NCBI RefSeq assembly: GCF_001194135.2
Contig: NC_068983.1
Coordinates: forward strand, 19,096,468-19,150,813
Direction of reading: 5' to 3'
DNA from: Octopus bimaculoides
Taxonomy: Eukaryota
Length of the DNA stretch: 54,346 nt
Made by a program: the position numbers and the translations under genes. The notes under the pieces were generated by a model. It had not been told where the DNA came from and ran no database searches. It worked only from the letters and a program-made list of their open reading frames with translations. Positions 38,901 through 50,828 of this stretch are shown here, piece after piece; position 1 is the stretch's first letter, and each line of letters begins with the position of its first letter.

Positions 38901-41207
38901 TATGGATAGATACATATATTCATATATGTTATGTTAATTATCAAATTGACTGTTACTCCTTAAAGAGCGTTAGATGGATTGAATGAAATTTTCGTGGGTT
39001 GTTTAATATGACCTACGTTGTCTCTTTCGCCATATTGTTTTCCGAAGTCGATATCTTTAACTAACACGATGTATCGCCCCATGGTGGCGGCGTTCCTATC
39101 TCTGTCACAAGGAGACGTGAATTCATAGACGGCCAATAATCACGATCTTTAAAAAGTATTAGTTAGGCTCTTCTCTGTAAAGGATGTATACACATAATAG
39201 AATATACAGAGAATATATTGAAATTATTTTGGCGTAAAATAATTCTATATTCATTTGAAATAAACCCAAATCAACGAATTCTATACCCCTCCGAGTCTAA
39301 CAAAATATTACATTATATCTTTGCTCATACATAGTATATGTATTCTATTATTTTTCAAGCCATATCTACAAGAAGCAATTCAATAACACATAAATCAAGA
39401 AATATACAGAGATGTTAATCTTCTCTGCTGACTATTGAGTTGTACGAATGATCACTCTTATTTCGAATATTATGAAAACTTTGAAAATGGAAAAGAGAAA
39501 ACAAAACAGCAAAAACAGTCAAAGCAATTGTGATTGTGTTCGTAAAGCCAGTTTGTCTATTGCAAATTGCGTGTACACTTATTGAACGGCGAATTTCGAT
39601 CTATGACATAACTTCTTCACCTAAAATTGCCTGCAGAGAAGTAACTATGATCCAACTATTCAAAATCTTATGCATTCCATTGCAATCGATATAGGGTTAT
39701 ACACAATCGTACATTTAACAGAGAATAACAGCATATCGTCCTAATTCAACCCTTCACATTAACCTGTTTACATGCAAGTAGCTCAAGAAATAAACGGTTA
39801 TATCATATGACACTGACAGTTTTACTACTGGCAATAGAATATTTTGATATAGCGTTACAACACAGGTGGATAATATTTAAAAACCAGTTCTATAGAAAGA
39901 AAATTATAATTTCTTGTCAGTTTATCTTGTTAACATTGTGTGATACACAGGTTTCTTTGGAAAATTTACTTCATTTATGATTAGAAAATGCCTGCACATA
40001 TATTGCATGACGCTGCATGTAAAATAGACTTGCGAATATATGGCTGCACAAAAAAGATATTTAAATGATTAAACGTCACTAGAATAAACCTATTCATATA
40101 TTTATTCCTTCATACACTGCCAAAATTAGCTATGCCTCACTCTCTCTCTTTATCATTGTATATGAATATATATATGCATGAATGAATGTATGTATGTATG
40201 TATATATATATATATACATACATACATACATATATATNNNNNNNNNNNNNNNNNNNNNNNNNNNNNNNNNNNNNNNNNNNNNNNNNNNNNNNNNNNNNNN
40301 NNNNNNNNNNNNNNNNNNNNNNNNNNNNNNNNNNNNNNNNNNNNNNNNNNNNNNNNNNNNNNNNNNNNNNNNNNNNNNNNNNNNNNNNNNNNNNNNNNNN
40401 NNNNNNNNNNNNNNNNNNNNNNNNNNNNNNNNNNNNNNNNNNNNNNNNNNNNNNNNNNNNNNNNNNNNNNNNNNNNNNNNNNNNNNNNNNNNNNNNNNNN
40501 NNNNNNNNNNNNNNNNNNNNNNNNNNNNNNNNNNNNNNNNNNNNNNNNNNNNNNNNNNNNNNNNNNNNNNNNNNNNNNNNNNNNNNNNNNNNNNNNNNNN
40601 NNNNNNNNNNNNNNNNNNNNNNNNNNNNNNNNNNNNNNNNNNNNNNNNNNNNNNNNNNNNNNNNNNNNNNNNNNNNNNNNNNNNNNNNNNNNNNNNNNNN
40701 NNNNNNNNNNNNNNNNNNNNNNNNNNNNNNNNNNNNNNNNNNNNNNNNNNNNNNNNNNNNNNNNNNNNNNNNNNNNNNNNNNNNNNNNNNNNNNNNNNNN
40801 NNNNNNNNNNNNNNNNNNNNNNNNNNNNNNNNNNNNNNNNNNNNNNNNNNNNNNNNNNNNNNNNNNNNNNNNNNNNNNNNNNNNNNNNNNNNNNNNNNNN
40901 NNNNNNNNNNNNNNNNNNNNNNNNNNNNNNNNNNNNNNNNNNNNNNNNNNNNNNNNNNNNNNNNNNNNNNNNNNNNNNNNNNNNNNNNNNNNNNNNNNNN
41001 NNNNNNNNNNNNNNNNNNNNNNNNNNNNNNNNNNNNNNNNNNNNNNNNNNNNNNNNNNNNNNNNNNNNNNNNNNNNNNNNNNNNNNNNNNNNNNNNNNNN
41101 NNNNNNNNNNNNNNNNNNNNNNNNNNNNNNNNNNNNNNNNNNNNNNNNNNNNNNNNNNNNNNNNNNNNNNNNNNNNNNNNNNNNNNNNNNNNNNNNNNNN
41201 NNNNNNN

Positions 41208-41470
41208 CTCCAACAGTGGGTGGTGGTAAACCCTGCTGTACTCTTCCACCACACCTTTCTCTCACTCTTACTTCCTGTTTCTGTTGTACCTGTATTTCAA
41301 AGGGCCAGCCTTGTCACACTGTGTCACACTGAATCTCCCCGAGAACTACGTTAAGAGTACACCTATCTGTGGAGTGCTCAGCCTCTTCCACGTTAATTTC
41401 ACGAGCAGGCTGTTCCGTTGATCGGATCAACTGGAACCCTCGGCGTCGTAAGCGACAGAGTGCCGACAAC
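41208..41470 (+). mobile_element. SINE (family 3) body and tail; head lost in the N gap
   Basis: GGTGGTAAACCCTGCTGTACTCTT.CACCAC...CAAAGGGCCAGCCTTGTCACAC...CCCGAGAACTACGTTAAG; inverted homolog at 52198-52530. Confidence 0.85.
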
Positions 41471-42026
41471 AAAACACGCATATAGGTACAGCCATTCACA
41501 CACGCACTCATACACATACACACACATATATATATATGCACACGCACATATATATATATATATATANNNNNNNNNNNNNNNNNNNNNNNNNNNNNNNNNN
41601 NNNNNNNNNNNNNNNNNNNNNNNNNNNNNNNNNNNNNNNNNNNNNNNNNNNNNNNNNNNNNNNNNNNNNNNNNNNNNNNNNNNNNNNNNNNNNNNNNNNN
41701 NNNNNNNNNNNNNNNNNNNNNNNNNNNNNNNNNNNNNNNNNNNNNNNNNNNNNNNNNNNNNNNNNNNNNNNNNNNNNNNNNNNNNNNNNNNNNNNNNNNN
41801 NNNNNNNNNNNNNNNNNNNNNNNNNNNNNNNNNNNNNNNNNNNNNNNNNNNNNNNNNNNNNNNNNNNNNNNNNNNNNNNNNNNNNNNNNNNNNNNNNNNN
41901 NNNNNNNNNNNNNNNNNNNNNNNNNNNNNNNNNNNNNNNNNNNNNNNNNNNNNNNNNNNNNNNNNNNNNNNNNNNNNNNNNNNNNNNNNNNNNNNNNNNN
42001 NNNNNNNNNNNNNNNNNNNNNNNNNN

Positions 42027-42064
<38 letters not shown>

Positions 42065-42094
42065 GTGTGTATATAACGTATCTCCTTTCCGGTA

Positions 42095-42757
42095 TCCTGT
42101 AGGAGGTTCTGTGGTTGTAGAAGCGGTGTTTGAAAGAGTTACCGAAGCAACTGAGATATCTTCGTGGTCGGGTGTTGGTGGTGCTGTGTCCGTTGGTGTA
42201 ATCGGTGTTACTACTGCTGTTGTTGGTACTGGCACGGTTGGTGTTGGCGTCATTGGAGGTGGAGATGGTTTTGGTGCCGTCACTACTGGTGATGGTAATG
42301 GTTCACTTGTTTTTTTATGGTCCTAGGCGTTGATGGAGGCCCTGTCACTGCTTTTACAGGTATCATTGCTGATGGCTCTGCTGCTATTTCCCTTAAGGAC
42401 ACTGACATTTTTGTCGTTGTTGTTATTGCTTTTATCGCTCGCGATGGTGCTACTGCTGGTTCTGTTCGTGTCTCTGCTTCTGTTACCATTGGAACTGTCA
42501 AGCCTCCTACTATAGTAGTTGTTGGGGAAGATGCTGATGTTGCTGCTGCCGTTAGGAATACTGTCCTTGCTGTCGTTGATGTTGTTATGATTGTTATCGC
42601 TGGCGATGGTATCGCCGCTGGTTCTGTTCGTGTCTCTTTTGCTGCTACTATTGGAAGAGTCGTCCCTGCTAATATAGTGCCCGCTGAGGGAGCTGCTGAT
42701 GTTGCTGCTGCTATTAGGGTCGACCAGCACCTCACCTTCATGTATACACGTTGAATC
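42095..42757 (-). CDS. Candidate mucin-like Thr/Pro/Ala-rich exon of an unidentified host gene, with one reading-frame interruption
   Basis: Strong acceptor tttctatcttcag| at 42758; NCA-biased codons; AAATSAAPSAGT...ETRTEPA (54-codon unit x2) to PSTPRTIKK, then in the -1 frame TSEPLPSPVVTAPKPSPPPMTPTPTVPVPTT...STTTEPPTG. No recognisable globular domain and no good donor at the end. Confidence 0.6.
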
Positions 42758-43433
42758 CTGAAGATAGAAATCATATATTAAAATAAGTCACATGTCCATG
42801 AACTTAAGCATTCAATATTTTTCGCAAAAGAAATGCGCTTAGGCATTAATGTTAAGGATTACGAGAAAATCCAGTTACTAAGAAGACGTATAAGTTGTGG
42901 AACACATTTTCAGTACCAAGCAGGGCAAATGCTTATTAAAATGATTGAACATATGGATACAGCAGAAATCTGAAATGTTATATTCTACGACATAGAAGTA
43001 ACGGAAAGCAAAAATATCAAAGAAGGTGGTATTAAATATATTTTATTACTTCAAAATATAATAAAGCATGAAACGGAAATCCGGCATAAATGCAATCAGT
43101 GTTAAAGCTGTAGCCATGCTTATAAATTTATCTGCTAACTAACTTTATTGAGAGAACACGGTAACAGTGATGATACATTGTGAGGAATCTAGTATTGGGT
43201 AGCATTAAGATAAATGAAGTAATGAAAATGTTAAACGAATATATAGAGTGTTGCGATCAAATTTATTCAATCTTACCCTCAAAGGCAACGAAAATGCAGC
43301 ATGTGTAGATTATATTCCGCTCTATGTCAAATATAATTTCTAATATGGTCATTCAAATCAGTGAAGCAATACAGAGAATCTCTATGTTAACTACGATTAC
43401 AATAAGGATAATGAACGTAAGATATAGCTTGAG

Positions 43434-43993
43434 ATGGACAGTAAGAATGCTGACGTCGGATATATGAATGGCGTTGAATCGATGGACGAGGTTGGTTTGG
43501 ATGACGATGCTAATGTAGATCATAATGATGCTAATGACGACAAAACGATGACGACGACAGCAACATCGGCGACGCTGACTACGACGACAATGATGATAAA
43601 CATGCTCATAACGATGGTCATAGACGCGGGGGACTGTGGTGAATATGAAGCCGATCATTATGAGAAAGATGAAATGTATAGGATGTTGATGAAGTAAGAA
43701 TTATGACGATCATTCATGTCCGTAGAAATAATGATAACCTTCGAAAAGAGAGGAATCCATCATATCCAAAATCAACATAAACATCATCTTTAGCTTAGTC
43801 ATGTATATACTAAATCATCATCATCAGATTCTTCATCATTATGATGGTCATGGTCATCATCAGCATTATGATCCGCCTCTTGCTCCTGATCATCATCATC
43901 GTCGTCGTCATTATCATCATCACCATCCTCAGCATTATCAATCACTACCATTAACATCCAATTTCTCTTCGTCATCCGCCTTCCACATATCAT
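43434..43993. repeat. Two convergent decayed (GAT/GAC)-type trinucleotide regions giving Asp/His-rich ORFs
   Basis: + strand DDDANVDHNDANDDK... (43434-43697) and - strand EDGDDDNDDDDDDDQEQEADHNADDDHDHHNDEESDDDD (43799-43993). Confidence 0.6.
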
Positions 43994-44549
43994 GAACCTT
44001 CTTACATCCGCATTCTTCTCATCAAGTCAACAATTATATCAATACCTTCATAAGTATCATTAAATAAATTTAAAATCACATTCACCAACTTATATAACAA
44101 TGACCTGGTTTGGAGTCCCTCTAATAGTTCTTAACAAATATATTACGAAAGAAGTAAAAACCATTCATTATGAGTCTGTTCAGTAAACAAGAATCCATAT
44201 CTTTCCAGTACATTCCCCTATTTTTATTCGATGTAATGTCACATGTTCCATAATTCTAACTTTGATTGTCTAGCACTCACCTATTTTTACATGAATTATA
44301 TCTTATACATCATGTTTGCAATACAGGTTCAGCTTTCATTATCTTCACTTCACGTTTTGACACCACTGACGCAAGACAAAATATATCACAAATGTCACTA
44401 AGAACTGCAAACCATTTTATCATAAATACAGCTAAGCAAATACTTTAAATGAATATCAGAAAGAGATTGGGTAGATTTCACGAACTGATTCTGCAGAAAT
44501 GATATTTTATTCTGTTAATATTCGCTGTGTGAATGTCAGAAGGGTGGAA

Positions 44550-44750
44550 GAATCGTTACTGCACGGGACAAAATGGTCGGCGGCAAATTTTCTCACTAAT
44601 AGTTATGGGTTCGAATTTCACCGAAGTTGCTTTTACATTTCACACTTTCTGAGTCAAAAATCATGTAACAGTTGAGAACGACAGTCGACGTAATCAACAT
44701 ATCCCCTTCCTCGAATTGGTTGGCCTTCTGCCAAAATTTGGAACCAATAT
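44550..44750 (+). mobile_element. Degenerate SINE (family 2)
   Basis: GCACG.GACAAAATG...GGTTCGAATTTCACCGAAGTTGCTTTTACATTTCA...GTCGACGTAATC...GGCCTT.TGCC similar to the 29311 copy. Confidence 0.5.
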
Positions 44751-45168
44751 CTAGGGAGTCATAGGAAAAGTGTGTTATAAATTGATGAACACGTTATATT
44801 GAATTGAATTTCTTTATTCTATATTTGCATACACCACAGGCACACACACGTGTGTGTGTATGTATACATGGATAAAATTATGGAGAATAATGATGTCATT
44901 GTTGGATTGAATAATTCGGTTGCTAGTCAGAGTTTCGCCTGTGGGTTCGATGAATTTTGGGGCGAGCTGTGAACGTCATAATTGGACTGAAACTCTGAGT
45001 ATACGCGGGTGGATTGAGCGAAATAAAATATTGTTGCATGAATAAATAGATAAATGTATATATATATACATGTGCGTGCGTGAATAGATATATATATAAA
45101 TGTAAGTATATGGTGGTGCACCAGCATGACCGCAGCCACTTGGCTGAAACACATAAATAAATAAATAA

Positions 45169-45223
<55 letters not shown>

Positions 45224-45543
45224 TACACACACACATATCGTATTTACAAAATCGATAGACCAAAACAAACCACATTTTATTTCGAAAATATACATACGGA
45301 GAATTGAGTCAAAGAAATATAAATGGTCCAATATTTATATGCAGCAGGAAAAAAGAGAAAGTTTGTCTTTTAGTAGATTTCGGATAAAATAGATCACGGT
45401 TATCCATCAAGAATCAAGGTGCGAAATGATAGGAGTTGACAAGCGGAAATTCAATGACGAATCGGCATGTTATTGTCACACTGAAGCTTGGGTTAAGTCG
45501 ATTATTATTCTCTCTATCTCTGTATGCATGTATGTATGTATAT

Positions 45544-45576
<33 letters not shown>

Positions 45577-46970
45577 NNNNNNNNNNNNNNNNNNNNNNNN
45601 NNNNNNNNNNNNNNNNNNNNNNNNNNNNNNNNNNNNNNNNNNNNNNNNNNNNNNNNNNNNNNNNNNATATGCCGGTAATATATATACATATATACGTGCG
45701 TGTGTTTTTAGGTATCTATGTGTATGCATTTGTAATTGTATGCACATAACACACACACGCACAAACGCATATTTATATATATAATACAGAAGATATGTAT
45801 TTATGTTTGTAAGTATATAAGTAAACATATATATGTGTGATATGTGCGTGCGAGCGTGCGTGTGTATGTGTGTGTGTGTGTGAGTGTGCTTACATGTGCG
45901 TTTGTATATATGTATGCGTTTGTGTATGCTTCCATAGCAAATGTGTTGGTGATTTCATTCTTTGTCACTACAGCTTTCACAAATGTTTACTAAGCGTTTG
46001 AGCAAACAATCTGAGTCCCTCGCAAAGCAAAGTCTCTGAATCGTAATCAACGAAGTTGACAATGTCGAAAAATAAGATGCTACATATAGTTACGAATTTA
46101 ATAATAAGAAGGACTTCAAATTCTTATATAAAATGGATTCATACGCTGTGTATGAATACTCATCCCAGGCATGGACACAATTAACTTTAAGTTGTTATTC
46201 AGATCGTATAAAATTTTAAAAACGTAGACATAGAATAGTTAACCTTACAAACGTACACAGAAATAATGGTTCAAAAGTAAGAAAAGAAAATTTTGTCTGT
46301 GCCAGGATGAACCAGAATGAGACGTCTTACACATATGCACGAAATAGCTATCGATAAATATTTAAGGACGTAACGCGCCAATAGCTATTCCGCCAATAAG
46401 CACGACTCAGTTGGGAAATATCTACTCACTATAGATATAAGCTAAATTAGTTTTACATGTAATTCCATTCGTAAACAACACTTCCAATACGCGCTCACAC
46501 ACACAAACATGCACACAAATGAAACATATCATGGAAACTGCAACTGACAAATCATAAATAAATAACACGCAACCCCACTGGCATTTACACGAGATAGAAA
46601 ACACGACAATAGTAAAGACAACCTAAACTATGAAAGGCTAGAAGAAATAGTACTGAGTCAATGAACGTGAACCTCATATGAATGCAGACAAGAACTATGC
46701 ACACACAGACACACCACACACATGCACACACAACTAATAATACACTCACATATACCAAAAGAAACATTCACAAACTAGAGTACATTAATACTGAGTTTCA
46801 ACTCACCACGTCTGAAGATTTGTGTGGTACAAAACGTAATTTGTGTGAAAGATAAGTTCAAAAAGCACTATATATACATGCATGTAATATATGTATGTAT
46901 GTATGTATGTGTGTATGTATGTATGTATGCATGTATGTATGTATGCATGCATGCATGTATGTATGTGTAT

Positions 46971-47100
46971 AGGCGCTTGGCATGGTGGTTAGGGTATTCG
47001 ACTCGCGATCTTCACGTTGAATCTCCCTCAGAAACATGTTAAGGGGTATGTATGTCTGTGGAACTCTCTGCCACTTGCACTTGTCAAATTTAGCCAGAAC
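46971..47100 (+). mobile_element. Internally deleted SINE (family 3)
   Basis: Head AGGCGCTTGGCATGGTGGTTAGGG...GACTCGCG joined to body-end TGAATCTCCC..AGAA..ATGTTAAGGGGTA..T.TCTGTGGA...GCCACTTGCAC. Confidence 0.55.
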
Positions 47101-47973
47101 AGCCTGTATACAATGTGTGTGTGTGTCTGTGTGTATATATAAATCTATCTATATATATATATATATACATTGCTGTTCAACTTGGCATTACCCAAATTTC
47201 TTTGAGTGCGTTTGCAATCATTGAAGTAGGACCAACCGGAAACCGAAATCTCGTGACATAATTCAAGTGGTGTTACTCATTATCATACCACTATTTTCCC
47301 AACTCTCTATAAAGTTTACGTATTTAGTTAATTCTGGGAAACATATACAAAAGTAAGTGTATAAATGTTTGCGTACGTTAAGGAAAGGAAAATAAGTAAT
47401 GAAATCGATATTTACTTTATTCATAAAAAAGCATTTTTTTTTATATATTTAAGGGGGAAAAGAATAATGTTCGCGTGTAATTTTCAGTATCTTTGTCTTA
47501 GACTGAAACAAGACACACCGAAAATTTAAAGAAACTTAAAGATTGCAAAAAAGAAAAATAAATAAATAAAAGAAAAGAGAAAGATAATAGCAACTACGTT
47601 ATTTCCATACGAGCATAAAATTCTTTAGTATTGTCTAGATAATATAATGGATACATGATCACTAAGCGAGAAGAAAATAAAATCCAACTAATACCCTATT
47701 TTTATTCGGTTTCCTGGATGCACTAGATATATCAAGACAAATATAATTTTCATCACATCTCATACATACATTCATAAATAGATTTTTTGAAGTAACAGAT
47801 GCCGAAAGGAGACAACTCAGGTTGCAAATTGAAGCTTCCTTTCTATGTATTCGTGATCTTGGCTTGTGGGTCGGAACAAATATATGAATGCCGTGTATTT
47901 AATGTAAAACCAGTTCGAATATATTTCAAAGATATTTAATCGGTTAAAAATTTTACGGGTTTAAAAATCTTTA

Positions 47974-47976
<3 letters not shown>

Positions 47977-48033
<57 letters not shown>

Positions 48034-48060
48034 TAATTAACTAACTAACTAACTAACTAT

Positions 48061-48136
<76 letters not shown>
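47977..48136. repeat. (CT)n-(AACT)n-(TATC)n compound microsatellite
   Basis: Direct reading. Confidence 0.95.
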
Positions 48137-48159
48137 ATTGACTATCAAGATGTAACAAT

Positions 48160-48350
48160 CCTTCCGATTAAAAGCACAAGGGCAGCAATATTGTGATCGC
48201 TGGATAGTCGATTATATGGACGCCATTACTCAAAAAGTATTTATTTCATTAACTCCGAGAGCTTAAAAGCAAAGTCGACGTCGGCGTAATTTGGAGAATA
48301 TAAAGATGGACAAAATGCATACGGACATTTTGCTGGGTGTACTAAATTCT
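48160..48350 (-). mobile_element. Degenerate SINE (family 2)
   Basis: GTCGATTATATGGAC...AAAAGCAAAGTCGACGTCGGCG.AATTTG...CATTTTGCTGGGTG similar to 32850-33000. Confidence 0.5.
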
Positions 48351-50342
48351 GACGTTCTAAAGATAATCATTGGAGTTAATAATTAAAAAAAAATGTTCAT
48401 GCAATTACTACCGTTACCCCATATTGCGTAGTAGAATTATTTCTGACTACATTCTCGCGATTGTACTGGTTTTCATCCTAGCCGTCTATCCTACAGCCCA
48501 TCACACTGTTCATCTAAATATAACAATTTAGGTGATAAAATTCACCACCCACACTCATATTTCAATATATTCCTGTTGTGTGACTCGAATGCGATACGAA
48601 ATTGTTTTCTAGCATAAAACGTTTCAACTACCGTGAAGAGCCTTGTTGTTTTGTTTTCATTAGTACCTAAAAATATGGCTCTAACAAGACTTGGTGGAAA
48701 ATGCTTCTGTATCTTACGACTCTCTTTGCATGCACAGACACACACATGTATACACATGTATATATATTTATCTATATATTCCTTCGATTGTAAACGTATA
48801 AATGTGTATGTCTGCATCTGCCTGGGTATCTGTATTCGTGTTTACGTGAGAGCCGATCGTTTGGAGAAAATTAGTATATGTATTCGGCTGTGATACAGTT
48901 TTCATTTATTACAAATGTTACGCTCAATGTTAGTGTTTTCTCTTATCTTGTTATATTCTTACAAAATAAAAGACTAAAATTTATAGCTGGCAGAATAAAA
49001 TAAACAATATCGTATTCACTTCAGATTAGCATCTTACGTCATGTTTATCTAAAATCAGATTATAAGAAGTAGGAAGTGAATAAAATAACACTAAAACATA
49101 TATATTATAAAACAAAAGGGGAAAAACCAAATTAGTTCGGAAGTTCTGAATATATTTATATATATACTTTTTGCGCTACTGGCATAACGTTCATACAAGA
49201 TCTGCAGATAGTCTTATTTCTTGGAATGCAGATTAGTGTGAATAAGAAAGAAACAAATGTATTTCATTTCGGTTTTTCGAAAATGGATTAGAATGTAGAT
49301 GTTTTTAGACTTGATGCAAGCCTTAATATATTGCATTAGCACTTAAGCTCTGCGGATCTGGGAAACAAATTTATTTTACACATTTCTAGATTTTCAGAGC
49401 AGAATATGTATTTATGTATATTCTCTCAGCAGCGCATATCGATTTCCTACTTAGTAACACATCTTCACTTTCATAAGGTACAAAACTGTGATTTTGAAAT
49501 ATACTTTAGGAAATAGCTAATAGCTCATATTTATTATTTGGTCCGTCCTTACAAATAACAAGTTTAACTATTAAATTCGCTATCACATTTGAATTTATCC
49601 TACCTAGTGTATAACGTCTATTTTTTGCTGGTTCGAACAATTCTCAATTTCTGGAACGTATATTTTAAAAGAACGTGAGATATACTGTAGGGGGGATGGA
49701 AATTTCCTTCTTCAACCTAAAATGAAACACATTCAAGATTCTGAGAAAATGTTGTAAATTATTGTAAGTCTGCTTTACCTTTCACATCTCCTCAAAGATA
49801 CTAATTACAAGATACTAATTACAAGAGCATTTGTATCTACAGTAGCTCAGTGGAACAAAGCATACCTAACTGCCGTCTCTTGCCGCTGGGTATAGTTAAA
49901 TATAAAGTACCACGATTTCGCTAATTGATGAATGTACTAATAGGGATCTGAGTAGATATAAGTCAAACACTGGCCAAACAAACAACCAGGATGCCGCAAC
50001 GAGAGCAAGAGGTGACTGCCCTTGCATCTTGGTTGATTCTTGTAACAGCTTGTTCAGTGTTCCTCAATAATAGAAAGTGTCATCCAACCCAGGAATCGAA
50101 CTTGCGAATTTATGTTCTTAATCAAGTACCCTGATCAATAAACTTTTATTTCTTTTTATGCTGCTCTGCATATTTGACTATCCATAAATGATAATAAACT
50201 TAAAATGTTAATTCAACACTAATGGGAGACGAAACAATTTTTCTTGTTTAGCTTCGAGTGATTTCTGATCCCGCTAACCTATGTCCAAACGCTTTCATTT
50301 CAATTACATCACGACATTTCTTGCACAATATGTACAGGGTGT

Positions 50343-50828
50343 TCAAAACGTCTCTCCGCAGGAAGTATTGCAAAGGAAATATTTAAAAGATGATATAAGA
50401 CTACAAAAGAATATATTAGAATTTACAAGAATTTTAAAATCTTTATCAGAAGTGTTGAAAGAGTCGTCCTTCATTTTCAATACATAAATTGACTCTTCTA
50501 CACATGTTTTGAAACACGTCTCTGAGAGCCTGACTCTTGTAGAGTCAGGATGAAAAGAAATCAATGCGGAGTGACTTTTTGAATACTCTATATGACTCAT
50601 TAACATATCTCTTCTTATATTTTCTATGACCGCATGAATTTCTTTGTGTAGAATATGAGGTCGATTAGATGATGTATAAAGGCGATGTGGATGATAAAGC
50701 ACTCGCCGACTTGTCGAATCCAAGTTTATAACAGAGAACTTGAATATTCCGATACTTATAATGATTCGATGTTGTGTTCTGTGCAGAAACAGTGAAACTA
50801 CTTCTTCGAATTGTACATATCTAGCCAA
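50343..50828 (-). CDS. Unassigned 161-codon open frame in non-repetitive sequence (possible exon)
   Basis: Longest gap-free, non-low-complexity ORF in the track; possible acceptor ttgattggctag| near 50821. No motif recognised. Confidence 0.25.
   Translation of the reverse strand: MARYVQFEEVVSLFLHRTQHRIIISIGIFKFSVINLDSTSRRVLYHPHRLYTSSNRPHILHKEIHAVIENIRRDMLMSHIEYSKSHSALISFHPDSTRVRLSETCFKTCVEESIYVLKMKDDSFNTSDKDFKILVNSNIFFCSLISSFKYFLCNTSCGETF

Noticed and set aside
42317-42754. Plus-strand Val/Ala/Gly-rich ORF as a gene
   Set aside because: Antisense shadow of the NCA-codon mucin frame; the splice signal is on the minus strand.
44281-44490. Minus-strand segment with a good acceptor and AG|GTGAGT donor
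   Set aside because: All three frames contain stops; at most a non-coding exon, with no further evidence.
49866-50060. Possible signal-peptide exon MQGQSPLALVAASWLFVWPVF...
   Set aside because: The frame stops before the only good donor; too short and unsupported.
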